A stretch of 63,035 bases of DNA, filler included, from Stramenopiles sp. TOSAG23-3 (taxonomy: Eukaryota), in NCBI GenBank assembly GCA_900128585.1. It is 10 parts of 10 records of this genome, joined end to end, with 100 filler letters (N's around TTAATTAATTAA, not from the genome) between each part and the next. Parts side by side here need not be neighbours in the genome. Positions count along the whole stretch, not along the records: positions 45,459 to 52,926 come from LT643151.1; positions 53,027 to 60,492 come from LT643152.1; positions 60,593 to 61,764 come from LT646329.1; 7 more parts are not named here. One strand, given 5' to 3'. The notes under the pieces are model-generated. The model had not been told where the DNA came from and did no database searches. It saw nothing but the letters and a program-made list of their open reading frames with translations. Positions 49,687 through 61,133 of the stretch are shown here, piece by piece. Numbering within the stretch: position 1 is the first letter of the stretch; each line of letters opens with the position of its first letter. The position numbers were made by a program, and so were the translations under genes.

Positions 49687-52600
49687 CTACGGACTCATAA
49701 AATTCAGCAATTTTCTCTCCTTCAAATACTTGGCGGTCAACTGGTCTATCGGAAGATCGTCTTCCTCGTCGTCGCTGCTGCTCTCATCAACAAAGTCATG
49801 TTTTTTTCTGTCTTTCTTTAAGACCCTTGGGCTGGGCTTCAGAAATGCAGAACTGGGCGGTTCCGTCCTGGGTTTCTTTTTCCTGGGCCGGCTCTCTGTC
49901 GCAGGTGTTGCTGCAACATGCGAGTCCTCCCCAGAAGGGGTCAGAAAGGTTCTAATATCAAATGTGCCCTTTGCCGACTCTGCTAAACGTTTTCTTGCCA
50001 ACCTCTGGTTTAAGCTGGACGTTTCTTTCTTGTGGCAAGGGGTGCAAAGCGTCCTGAAATTTGTCAGGTCGCACTCTCCACCGCCTTCAGCAACTGGAAC
50101 GATGTGATCAGCCTGCCAAAAGTGTCCTTCTACCGGACTATGAATAATCTGTGCAGAATTCATATCAATCCCCTTGGTGCTGAATTTTAGCCTGAGAAGC
50201 TCTTGAAACCGATCGGGCGGGGACATACTTCGATACCTTAAAAAAATTTCATGCATATCTCTGTTGCATAGCTGACAAACGCCTGCTTCCAGGTCAAACA
50301 CGGTCCGTCTTATGTGCGATCCACTTGTCCGTACCTTCCACTGCTGGAAACATTTGTACGAGCAGAACGTTGATTGCCACTGAGCGGCACCTTGCTTCCC
50401 TGCTGAAACGTTTGCTTCAAAAGCTGTTTTGCAAATTCTGCATGCTGCGCTCAACGCGGGATGTCCATCTTTTTTCAACTGGCCGCCAGGGCCGGGCTTT
50501 GAGTATCTTGTGAAGGATAAAATGGACCCGGAAGATGGAGAATAAATTCCTCGGTGTTTTGTTGCCAGGCGCCGTCGGCTGATTAAAGCCATTAAGGGCG
50601 GTCGAAAAATGTAGCCCCCGCATAATTGCTGCTGGTCGATCGCCCGAAGGCCGTTCCATTTCTTCAAGAAGCTGCGAATTTCTGTGTAACAGTCCGCCGG
50701 CTTTAGTTCTCCCAGAGAATATTTTTTAGAAAACTCAAGCCAGTCCTCCTTGCTCTTTATGTCTTCTGGCATAAAGGCAGCGTTGAAATATACTTTTTCG
50801 GTGGAATACAAGAAAATTCTTCCAGTATATGACGACGCAGAAAACCAAAAGTTGCTCACTTTCTTTTCGACAAGTTTCTCACACTCTGGCAACTTTGTAG
50901 AGATATCAGCGGAGGGAACGGCGTTCAATGTGTGAGGAGGGGAGTCGGTGGCAGGCGCTGCTTGGCTTTTGCGCTTTGCTGTCCCGCATGCTTCACAGCA
51001 AATCTTTTTTGCCTGGTTAATCAAAGTGCACATATCACAGGACCAAGTCTGCATTTCCTTTTGGGTGGAAGAATTCTGAGAATTTTGTCCAAACATAAAA
51101 GTCCGTACATCACCGCGGGCAAATTTCATCTTTTCTTTTGACAAAACGTCTGGCAGAGCTTCGCTCTCGTCCTCGTCACTATCGATGGTCACAGGACTGG
51201 AATGATCTCCCCCCCCCCCCTCTTCTTCTTAAGCACGTCCACCTTTAGCTTCTGCTTCGTTCCCTCCAAAGCACAGCTGACGACGTTGACCTTGCTGCAA
51301 ACAATGGACCACATAATATCGTCAAGAGAGCCCTTTGCGACCATATAATTTATGTGCACGTTCTTCGCCGTCTGTCCTATGCGATGGGCCCGGTCTTCTG
51401 CTTGCTGCAATATGCCAGGTGTCCAGTGGAGCTCAGCGAAAAATACGTGCGATGCGGCCGTCAAAGTAATGCCTACCCCTCCTGCAAGAATGCCAAGAAT
51501 GCCCACCCTGCAATTGGGGTCGCTTTGAAACTTTCTGACGTTATCGGCACGCTCTCGATGGGGCGTTGAACCATCTATTCTTATGTAGGCAATTCGTTTC
51601 TTCTTCCCCTTCTTGTTCACATGACGGTAGGTCGATACGTTCGATTCGATACCGTCCAATACATCCCGGTGGTGGCCAAAAATAAGACACTTGTTGTCCG
51701 GAGAACTGTCTAGAAAGTTGTTTATGTAGCCCTTGACCCCTGGAAGCTTCGCAACGCCAGTATCGTGGAACGCCCGCATCAACAGCCGCCGCTGTTCTTT
51801 GTGCGCGTTGAATGCGTCGCTTTTGGCTTTGGCGCTGCCCCGTTGCTCCGCTTCCAGGGTAGCCTTCATAATGGACTTTACATCTTTGAGCTGCCCCATG
51901 ATTTTGGCCATCGACTTTTTTGATTTGGCGTCTAAGTCTATCAATACCCTGCTCTTCAACTTCTTCGGGAGCTGCGTCAGCACATTGTCCTTCTTCCGGC
52001 GAATCATGACATGCTTCAACAACCCGTGCAGCTCGGCCAAATTTGCTGCCCCGGAGACATCCCAACCAAACCGTCCCCTCCGGGCGTTGCAGAACTTGCG
52101 CGTGTACTCACTGTACGTTCCAAAGTACGACTTGCTCAACGAAGATACCTGGGGGTAAAGCTCTACGGGTCGAGCAAGGGCGGGTGTCCCACTCAACAAA
52201 ATGGCGTGGGTTGCCTTCTCAATTATGGGCACGATTGCCCGCGTTCGAACAGCTTTATCGTTCTTCAAGGAGTGGGACTCGTCGACGATGACAGTTTCAA
52301 AACCGTGACTCTCAATGTGTTCCACTACAGGCGCGTCCCTTGTAAACAAACCGTAAGTGCAAATGACAAACTTCGCGTCCTTCCAGCCGTCAACGTCTTG
52401 TCGCCCCTCGATGACCTTGATTACGCTTGGTTCGCAACCTGTCCACTTCTCCAACTCGTCCACCCAGTTTAGCTTCACGACGGCTGGGGCAATTACCAGA
52501 CAAGGCCAATTCCGGAACGCGCAGGCCACACTGATAGCCTGGATCGTCTTTCCTAAGCCCATTTCGTCTCCAATCAGTATCCTACCCTTTAGCTTCAACG

Positions 52601-52703
52601 CATATAAAACCCCCTCCTTCTGAAATTTGTACAATGCCTTCCGAAGGCGCACGGGTATCTGATTCACGTAATCCTGCGTGGTAAGACTGGACCCGCTGCT
52701 CAT
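49687..52703 (-). CDS. ZRANB3: ZRANB3-like SNF2 annealing helicase + NZF zinc finger + HNH endonuclease, split by a frameshift in a G12 run
   Basis: ORF 51189-52703: GDEMGLGKT, DESH, LLSGTPALARP, QAEDRAHRIGQ. ORF 49687-51192: WSCDMCTLIN...CEACG and WQADHIVPVAEGGGECDLTNFRTLCTPCH. One extra G at 51209-51220 would fuse them. A 5' exon may be missing. Confidence 0.88.
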
Positions 52704-52926
52704 ATTGCCACCGCTACCTGTATTCTGAGCTGTGTCCCCCGGGCTTCTACAGTGCCTATGACGAATACCCTAAACGATCAATTGTAAACTTTATTGTGTC
52801 AATCGGTTGTATTTTTTCATTCCCCCGTCTTCTTTGTCAATTACTTCTTACGAATGGTAAAAGGACATTGATGATGCCTCCCTTCTCGTAAGTATAAAAG
52901 TAATAATCCTCGTCGTAAGAAAAAGT

Positions 52927-53026
52927 NNNNNNNNNNNNNNNNNNNNNNNNNNNNNNNNNNNNNNNNNNNNTTAATTAATTAANNNNNNNNNNNNNNNNNN
53001 NNNNNNNNNNNNNNNNNNNNNNNNNN
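52927..53026. other. Artificial contig linker
   Basis: N44-TTAATTAATTAA-N44. Confidence 0.98.
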
Positions 53027-53105
53027 ACAACAGCAGCAGCAGGTAATAATATTTTCAATCATCCAATCGATCGGATCATCGACCCACCACCGCATCACAT
53101 CATCA
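53027..53105 (+). repeat. Left arm of a 79-bp inverted repeat bounding contig 8
   Basis: Exact reverse complement of 60414-60492; extends to 85 bp with one mismatch. Confidence 0.95.
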
Positions 53106-53130
53106 TCCTCCATATTTTAATATCTCCTCC

Positions 53131-53161
<31 letters not shown>

Positions 53162-53553
53162 TTTCTTTTAATTATTCATTATTTATATAGACTATTATTT
53201 AATATTATGGCCTTATTATTATTATGAGTCAGGGAGTCAGGAAGTCGGTTAAATATCACAAGTGGATACGAATATATAAAATCAATACAAAATTACCACC
53301 AGCAGTATAACAGCAAATGTAAAAATAATAAAAAACAACTAACTGTTATTTGATTAACAGAGATGATGATGATAGAAAAAAAAGGAAGTTGTTTTAATTA
53401 ATAACTATATGTTTTATAATTGATTACGAGTATAAATGTGTAAGTTGAATGGGATAGTTTGTTGTATATTGATAGGAACTTTTGATACGTTCAAGATTTT
53501 CCCGAGTAAAAGAATTGTTGTACAGACGCCTGCCTGCTCGAATCGAAGCAATC

Positions 53554-54813
53554 ATGTTTTCCGCCGTGATGCAAGTTTATTGTGTTGTGGCCTTTGTGAG
53601 TTTTGTAGGATTTGGGGCCGTCAGGGCGGACGCGTCAAACCGGTATGCGCCAGTAAGGCAGGCCTCGACATCATGCCAATCACCCACCTCGTTGAGCGCA
53701 GGGGAGCCGTTGAGAGCCCTCGCGCTCCCAACAGAAAGCCAAGTACATTACTATTCTTACGATGCAGGTGCCACTGCAAAAGCCCTCGTGTTCAAAGTCG
53801 AACCAGGGATCCCAGGGGACTATTTTGAACTTTTAATGATTCACGAGTCCAAACTCGATTGTGCCAATTTTTCTTCTGTAGCATCATTCGGTTCGTACAT
53901 ATGCGATGGAAACACCGAGTGTCCTGAAAACGTGCAAGAACGCGAAAAACAATACATGGTAGCAGGGTTGAAATCTGACATTGTGTACACAGAAGAAATC
54001 TCCGTGGGGGTTCATGCCCCATCGTTGGTACAGAATGGAAAATGGCGATTAATGGTTCGTGGGAAAACGAACCAAGGGACATTGGCGGATTCGGGAATAG
54101 TATCAAATGACAAAAATAGCTACAAAGTAACGGTCAGATCTGGAATAGATGCATGTGTCGTTCCCAAAGCAGAGGATATGAATGTGAACATGTGCAGGCA
54201 GTATGTCGATTACCATGTTTTAGACGTAAAGCTGCTACAGCGTGACTCCCGGGCAGAACGGGTCGGCTTGTCTGTCAACGACCCGCGCCCCTGGATGGCG
54301 CACTGTCGTGTCAATGTAGATGCCCTCTTTTGCTACCAAACCTTCATGCAGTGCATGGAAGATACTGGTATTGCCCAGAAACTTTGTCCTGATAGCTGCA
54401 AGCCGATGGAGGGAGCGTGCGAGCCGTCCCCAAACCATACAGTGGCAAACTTGCAAGATTTAAATGGCGCAGTATGTTTGCTTCCTGGCAAAACGATGGC
54501 TCCGTTTACCTCCCGGTTCAGCACTTCTAATTCGGATTGTTTCGCCGTGAAAGGTGTAGATCAATACATATCCCCGATTGATGAGACGGATACTTCTGAA
54601 ACGATCGTGATGCTATTAGACTTAGTATGGGCTATGCTTGTCGTTACTATAGCCGTCACGATTTCCTACTTTGCATACCAAAAATACCACACTGGATCCT
54701 ACATGTCCAGTAGCACAGGAGGAGAAGGAATGGGGGGGGGGGATAATGCCAAACACAAGCAGTTGCCCACATACCTAGAAGAAGCGGACGGGTTTGAAAT
54801 TGCCGAAATTTAA
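53554..54813 (+). CDS. Type I membrane protein with a Frizzled-type cysteine-rich domain
   Basis: Signal peptide; beta-rich ectodomain; CRQYVDY...CRVNVDALFCYQTFMQC...KLCPDSCKPMEGAC...C...C; one TM segment. Confidence 0.65.
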   Translation: MFSAVMQVYCVVAFVSFVGFGAVRADASNRYAPVRQASTSCQSPTSLSAGEPLRALALPTESQVHYYSYDAGATAKALVFKVEPGIPGDYFELLMIHESKLDCANFSSVASFGSYICDGNTECPENVQEREKQYMVAGLKSDIVYTEEISVGVHAPSLVQNGKWRLMVRGKTNQGTLADSGIVSNDKNSYKVTVRSGIDACVVPKAEDMNVNMCRQYVDYHVLDVKLLQRDSRAERVGLSVNDPRPWMAHCRVNVDALFCYQTFMQCMEDTGIAQKLCPDSCKPMEGACEPSPNHTVANLQDLNGAVCLLPGKTMAPFTSRFSTSNSDCFAVKGVDQYISPIDETDTSETIVMLLDLVWAMLVVTIAVTISYFAYQKYHTGSYMSSSTGGEGMGGGDNAKHKQLPTYLEEADGFEIAEI

Positions 54814-55483
54814 AAAGGCTCTCCCGTGGCACTTTATGTAGTATCGAAATTGTTTGCCATTGAACGTTGTTCCTAAGAGTTTATGGGTATTTAATTTTAT
54901 CTGAGAAGAAAGTATGCCTATAAAAGATATTATTATTATTATAAAAAATGTTGTTGTTGTGTATAATAATAATTTTTTTAAAAAAATTTAAACAACAACA
55001 CCACTGCTGTGTAGGCATTAAAAATAATAGTACACTATCTACCCACCACACTTCTTCTTCTTTATTTTTTATATCAACTATACTTATTATTATTATATTT
55101 TTTTTAATATTACAGTCGTCGTCTTCTAGTCGTCTATAATAATAATAATAATTATTTTTTTTTATATTTTTTTATTAAAATATTATTATTATTCACGACG
55201 ATGATGATGATTATTATTATATCCCCTGCTGATACTAGTCCAGGGACCAAAAATTAACGAAATTATTATTATATTTTTTTAGTGCTCCTCATCAATAATA
55301 ATAATCACGGCGGCGGCGCGTCGCGTCGTTGGTGTGCTTCAAAAAAGCGTTTCATTTCGTTGACGTAAAAAGAAAGTGAAAGAACAAATAAAACGCAGTT
55401 CATCAAAACGTTTCTTTTTAGCCGAATTAAAACTGCCGCTAGCGTGCCCACTTAAATACCCAGGCCTGCCTGCAAGGAAAATC

Positions 55484-57253
55484 ATGAGGCGCAAGCCATT
55501 TGTACAAGCATGCACGTTTATACTTTTGACAGCTACCGTATTCAACTCTGCTCACGGTGCCGGCCACTTCAACAATGGCAAACTGTCAAGAGACGAACGG
55601 CTTCTACCTCGTCCTTACCAGGTCTCTTTTGGTAACAATGCTGATATTTACACATTAGGTGCGGTTGGTTTGACTATTTCCCCGGATAGTTTTGGTAAAA
55701 CGCAGGATTCAAAGTTGCAAAATAATTTTGTAGTGGCGACGGTTGAGCGTTTCAAACGAAGCTTGCACCTGCTCAACTCCACCGCTCAATACAGAAGAAC
55801 AAAATATTCGCCTTTGCGAAAAGAAAACGAAGAAGGCTTTTCCCGCGCAAAATTGCATGGCCCTGTGCATGTGTCCATCGAGGTGTTTGTGAAACTGAGT
55901 TTGAACGAGGCTACTTTCAAAAAAGACCTCCAGCATGGTGTGGATGAGTCGTATAGTTTGCAAATTTTAACTGACGGCACGAGAGCTGTGAAGGTCCAGA
56001 TCGAAAGTAACACCGTGTTTGGTACAAACCATGCGTTTGCAACCTTGGAGCAGATTGTAGGGCGCAGGGATGGGTATGGATTAGTGTTTGAAAACTTGCC
56101 GGTTGTTGTACGCGACAAGCCTCAGTTTGAGCACAGGGGGCTGTTGATGGACACAGCGCGGCATTATTTTCCGGTGCAACAATTAATGCGGATCATCGAT
56201 GGGATGGCCTTGTTGAAATTGAACGTATTTCATTGGCATATTGCTGACAGTCAAAGTTTTCCATTTCAAAGTGAAAATGCCCCATTGTTGGGGCTAGGGG
56301 CATTTTCACCCCATGCCGTATACACTCGTCAGGATATCCGAAATATTGTAAGTTATGCTTTCTCAAGAGGGATAGAAATAATTCCCGAGATCGATGTGCC
56401 CGGGCATGCGGCATCGTGGGGGGTTGGGTACCCAAACATTACCGTCAACTGCGATGCCAGAGTGGCTGAAGATGATCGACTGCTGGAACATGGCGTCGAT
56501 AAAGTTCCGTTAAACCCGCTTCTTGAAGAAACATATGATGTAGTGCTATCTTTGTTGGATGAAATTTTTGAATTGTTTCCGAGTAAGTTTGTCCATTTGG
56601 GGGGAGATGAAGTTGACGATGAGTGTTGGTTAAGTGATCCAAAGATACGGGATTGGAAAGAGCATGGCCCTGGCAGTAAATTCAACCGTCGCTGGAAAAC
56701 GGAGCTCCACAGTATTTTCTTTCGGCGTATTGCAGAGCACACTTTGGAAGCTGGCAAAACCCCAATTTTGTGGGACGAAGCGCTAGACCTGCGCGATCTG
56801 CCCAAAAATACTGTGATACAGCTCTGGCGCTGGTGGTTGCCTGGGCAGGCGTCAAGAGCCCAACGGAATGGGAAATTCAGAACGATTTCATCAATTGGAT
56901 ATTATTTGGACTATGCGTCAAACACTTGGGAAAAAATATACGACACGATAGTTCCATATGCACAATCCCCCCTTACTGTGGGAGGGGAAGCCTGCGCGTG
57001 GAATGAACATGCAGATTCAGATACAATTGAAAATAGAATCTTTGGCCGACTATCAGCATTTGCTGAACGGTTTTGGAGTAGTCCAAAGTTGAAACGGGAC
57101 CAGAGGTTGCTTCCCCGATTATCGCATACGATTTGCCGTCTGAAAAAGACACGGGGTCTTCGTATTGCAAGTCTATTCCCCGACTATTGTCCTACTGAAA
57201 AATTGCAACTAGCTGAGAGTGTACAAAATGACCGACAGTCTGAGGAGTTATGA
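55484..57253 (+). CDS. Beta-N-acetylhexosaminidase (GH20)
   Basis: DESYSL, RGLLMDTARHY, NVFHWHIADSQSFP, PEIDVPGH, catalytic HLGGDE and GGEACAWNE; signal peptide from ATG 55484. Confidence 0.96.
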   Translation: MRRKPFVQACTFILLTATVFNSAHGAGHFNNGKLSRDERLLPRPYQVSFGNNADIYTLGAVGLTISPDSFGKTQDSKLQNNFVVATVERFKRSLHLLNSTAQYRRTKYSPLRKENEEGFSRAKLHGPVHVSIEVFVKLSLNEATFKKDLQHGVDESYSLQILTDGTRAVKVQIESNTVFGTNHAFATLEQIVGRRDGYGLVFENLPVVVRDKPQFEHRGLLMDTARHYFPVQQLMRIIDGMALLKLNVFHWHIADSQSFPFQSENAPLLGLGAFSPHAVYTRQDIRNIVSYAFSRGIEIIPEIDVPGHAASWGVGYPNITVNCDARVAEDDRLLEHGVDKVPLNPLLEETYDVVLSLLDEIFELFPSKFVHLGGDEVDDECWLSDPKIRDWKEHGPGSKFNRRWKTELHSIFFRRIAEHTLEAGKTPILWDEALDLRDLPKNTVIQLWRWWLPGQASRAQRNGKFRTISSIGYYLDYASNTWEKIYDTIVPYAQSPLTVGGEACAWNEHADSDTIENRIFGRLSAFAERFWSSPKLKRDQRLLPRLSHTICRLKKTRGLRIASLFPDYCPTEKLQLAESVQNDRQSEEL

Positions 57254-57565
57254 GAATGTTAAATTTGTAAATGTTGACTTCTCGCGTTCGTTTTTTACAC
57301 CAATTTGCTAATTTGAAGTAAGATTACTTAAATAACAGCCAATTTTCTTGTTTTAGATTAAATTTTAACTACTTCGTATTTTCATGTAAGTTTTACGTAA
57401 ATTACTCTTATAAAGTTAATGTCAATTAAAAAACAAATTATATAGTGTATGTTTTAAGACTCTCATTTCAATTATATTAAAAGTTATCATTTATTCCTTT
57501 TCAAAAACCTTTTTTCTGTTTTTTTCACTTAATTTTCTGCTTTTGTTAACATTTCCTCGCACCCG

Positions 57566-59305
57566 TCACATATTTTCAGTGGAACAATGCTTGCCGGGGC
57601 GACCGGGGGGGGCCGTGGGAAGAACAGTGTGGCCTCCTGACTTTTTTCCTTCCCTTACAAAAATTTCCTCAAACCCAGTGTTTAAAGCCCCCGGCGGAAT
57701 AACAATATTTTCCTTTATCATGTCGCCAATTGCAAAACGTGGGGAACTATTGTATACGTTGGCGAGAGAATCAGAGCTTTTCCTCGAATCAGATTGGAGC
57801 AAAGTGTCGTCATCATTTTCAACTCCCTCACCAACTCCATTCATCGGATTTGGGTGACTATTGGTACTGACCTTTTCCCCGTGAGTCCCTTTTCTTTGTG
57901 GGTCCCGCCCACTAAGCAGTGCTATCCCGAACAAGGCAATCGAACAACCAAAAATGAAAAAAAACAAAGACGTGCTATCCAGCTCTTTGTACTCCTTAAA
58001 ATACACCAGACCGCTGGCGGTCCCAAAAATTATCCAGTACGTCTGGTAGATTGGTATCATTTGGAGCGATCCGTAGTGACTCAGGCCTCCGTTCATAAAA
58101 CGGATGTTGGAGACGAGAAAAAGAGGCACGCAAATCAATATGATGTACGTTGGGAAATGCGACCAAATGGCTTCGCCCGCTCCCCAACTTTTCAAAAGCT
58201 CCATAAACTGTTTTGCAAACAGGATCGCCTGCCCCCCAAGGGTTCCAGCGCAGCCACCGTAGCATAAACACTCCAGGCGCATCCAATTCAACGAATTCGG
58301 CGTATTCGGGCTGTACAGGGCGTGCTTCTGGATGTAATGGATACCGTACATGTGAATGGACACGATAATGCAAGAAAAGAAAATGTACCCTACCATAGTG
58401 GGTTCACCCCAGAGAGTTACAATGTCATTGTACGAGTATGATGGGCTGTAATGGTCCGCAAAGATGACCGCAATCACCGTGCCAAACACGATCACAACCG
58501 TGGACATGATTTCTCTGCGCCCGGGCTTCTCCCCAAAGTGCGCCGCAACAAGGATATTCCACACCAATACCATGGCCGCCAACGGCGTCAACAAACTTTG
58601 GGGCGCTAGACCGTACGCAACAAAATCGACGATCGACCCGGAGATTAGAAATACCATCCCGAGCATCCACTTCCACTGCTTCGTGACTGGAAGGGGCGGT
58701 TTCCCCGTTTTTTTAGCAATGTCTTCCTGCTCCATCATTGAATATTTCTGCAAGTTGAATGAGTAGCTGGACAACGCAGAAAACACGCAGCATAGCGTAA
58801 AGCCAATTACCCAACTCCCGTAGTTCGGGCCAGTGTAGTCTAAGTCCATGCAACTGCTTTCTGTAGTTTGGTGCGTTCTTTTGCAAAGCTGCGTTAGGGT
58901 CGAATCATTGAAGAAACGGCTGCATTTCTTCTTCACTTCGTCGCACGCCGATAAGCAAACTTGCATCGAGTGCCTTCCAGCCTCACAGGTAGGCAAGTTG
59001 CCGAAGCAATAATACGTCTTGAAAGTGTCAAGACAATCCGTGGACAAGTCTGCAGCCGTCTTATTCTTCAGTCGTTTGTACAAGTTTTCAACATACTCCA
59101 CTTCGCCCCTGGCAACTTCTTCGCCTTCGATTTCCCCGTTGTTATCAAGGGGGCACGTGCTCCATGTTTCCGCCATGCTACAGTATTTTAGCCCCCCCGA
59201 CGGAGGCTTCACGCACTGCTTCGAGCAGGTAAAGGCCGCCATGGTATATGGTATCACAGAGAGCATGATAGCACATCGGAATAAGGCTTTGCCTCGCATA
59301 CTCAT
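57566..59305 (-). CDS. NIPA-family Mg2+ transporter with N-terminal signal peptide and Frizzled-type cysteine-rich domain
   Basis: NIPA motifs FNLQKYS, WMLGM, DFVAYGLAPQSLLTPLAA, FMNGGL, IPIYQ and GLVYFKEY. N-terminal CLDTFKTYYCFGNLPTC...VCLSACDEVKKKC. Confidence 0.85.
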   Translation of the reverse strand: MSMRGKALFRCAIMLSVIPYTMAAFTCSKQCVKPPSGGLKYCSMAETWSTCPLDNNGEIEGEEVARGEVEYVENLYKRLKNKTAADLSTDCLDTFKTYYCFGNLPTCEAGRHSMQVCLSACDEVKKKCSRFFNDSTLTQLCKRTHQTTESSCMDLDYTGPNYGSWVIGFTLCCVFSALSSYSFNLQKYSMMEQEDIAKKTGKPPLPVTKQWKWMLGMVFLISGSIVDFVAYGLAPQSLLTPLAAMVLVWNILVAAHFGEKPGRREIMSTVVIVFGTVIAVIFADHYSPSYSYNDIVTLWGEPTMVGYIFFSCIIVSIHMYGIHYIQKHALYSPNTPNSLNWMRLECLCYGGCAGTLGGQAILFAKQFMELLKSWGAGEAIWSHFPTYIILICVPLFLVSNIRFMNGGLSHYGSLQMIPIYQTYWIIFGTASGLVYFKEYKELDSTSLFFFIFGCSIALFGIALLSGRDPQRKGTHGEKVSTNSHPNPMNGVGEGVENDDDTLLQSDSRKSSDSLANVYNSSPRFAIGDMIKENIVIPPGALNTGFEEIFVREGKKSGGHTVLPTAPPGRPGKHCSTENM

Positions 59306-60413
59306 AATGAAAAGGGTCTTAAATTGCGCCAGCACGACTCTTTCCTCGAATTTAATGCAGAGAGCGACACTGGTAGTACCCTCTTTAAAAACTATAACTT
59401 TTGCAAATATCGATTTCAATGCTTGGCTTTATTCCTTTCTTTCCTTTGCGATTTCTTTTTTAAATTGTTTTCTGTTTTTTATTAATTAATAATAATTAAT
59501 AGAGTGAGGAGTGGTGGAGTGGAGATGTAGAGTAAGTACGGGTATAATACATTAATATATATTAATGGCACAGCAGGGGAGTACAAAATAGGAAGAGAAG
59601 AAAGAGTGGAGAGTGGCACAGTCCGTCAGAACGTCAGAACGCATGATGAGATATAATAATATTTATATTAAATATGAGGCAGGTGTGGTGTGTGCTATAT
59701 CCCTTCTGGACCACAATTAAGATTTGTAAATGTATACGAGTAACTATTATAAATAGAATAGGTAATAAAATATGAAATAAATAATACATTATATTTTCAA
59801 ACAAATAAAAAAAGACCTATTATTAGCTATTTATACGTATAATGTACTACACCGCCGCCGGTCTACAATCACATCAACAATAAAAAAATATTAAAAAAAT
59901 AATAAAAAAGTATTTCTTTTTTTTTGTTTTGTTTTTTTGAATGAATTCAAAGAAGAAGAAGATGGATTTTGATGAGAAGAAGAGAAGAAGAAGAATGAAT
60001 AAATTATTATATATTAATTCCTTGTAGTACATTAATAGTATTAATAATAATACCGCCGTAGCAGAGCGAGAAGAAGAAGAAGAATGCAGGAAGAAAAGAA
60101 AAAAATTATTATATTATTAACGACAACAACATCACTATAAAAAAAATGCATCAATAATCTACGTACTACTATATCTCCTCATGGATTATTATTAATAATT
60201 AGTAAAGGTTAGTAAGAAAGAAGAACTGACTTCTTCAGATATAGTTATGTTATACTCTAAAAAAGTAGGAAGATTGAAGAGCAGCAAGTGCATTTTGTAA
60301 ATTTTAGTCGTTTGCTATATTTGCTTTAAGGCGCCCGTAGTTAGGTTGAATCGGTACGGTGCGACGTTTGGCGTTGATAGTTATGACGGGTGTTAGTGCA
60401 AATCTACGGAGGG

Positions 60414-60492
60414 TGATGATGTGATGCGGTGGTGGGTCGATGATCCGATCGATTGGATGATTGAAAATATTATTACCTGCTGCTGCTGTTGT
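60414..60492 (-). repeat. Right arm of the 79-bp inverted repeat bounding contig 8
   Basis: Reverse complement of 53027-53105. Confidence 0.95.
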
Positions 60493-60592
60493 NNNNNNNN
60501 NNNNNNNNNNNNNNNNNNNNNNNNNNNNNNNNNNNNTTAATTAATTAANNNNNNNNNNNNNNNNNNNNNNNNNNNNNNNNNNNNNNNNNNNN
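60493..60592. other. Artificial contig linker
   Basis: N44-TTAATTAATTAA-N44. Confidence 0.98.
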
Positions 60593-60809
60593 GTGCCTGT
60601 TCAGACACCGTGGTTGGCTTTGGTGCCGCGGCACAACTTGTCATCTTAGCCGTAGTACCTGATCCACGACTGGTAACAGGTGTTGCACTGCTGATACCGG
60701 CGGCAGCAACAGCCGCCCATGATAACTTTACTGTCGGACTGGCACTGGCACTGACATTATTGTCGGCGTTGAATGCAAATGCGGACTTTGACGGCGGTAT
60801 GCGTGGCAT
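60593..60809 (-). CDS. 5' fragment of an A/S/T-rich protein (SWAAVAA motif), truncated by the contig edge
   Basis: ATG at 60809 with the frame open to the edge. Confidence 0.45.
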
Positions 60810-61133
60810 TATGTTTGTTTTGTTTGGTCACGTGTAATTTTAAAAAATAATAATTGGTTGTAATTTGGAAAATGTCTATGTCCATTTCATATTATAATCA
60901 TGTGTCTTTAATTGTTTTATTTCAAACGTGCCAGTTTGCTCACACTGAAGAACACACTTGTGGTATACAACACGAGGACGGGAAAAAAATGATGGATGGT
61001 GTGTAAACCAAACACAGCATAACAATGAGTGGTATGGAACCGGAACCCGAGTCTCGGACACTAAAAGTGAAGTGTATGTACGTACATCACACAGCAAAGG
61101 TTTATCTCTGAGAAATTGCAGCACTTTTTTAGC

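Noticed and set aside
49687-51192. Free-standing HNH homing endonuclease or mobile element
   Set aside because: It is the NZF+HNH C-terminal half of ZRANB3.
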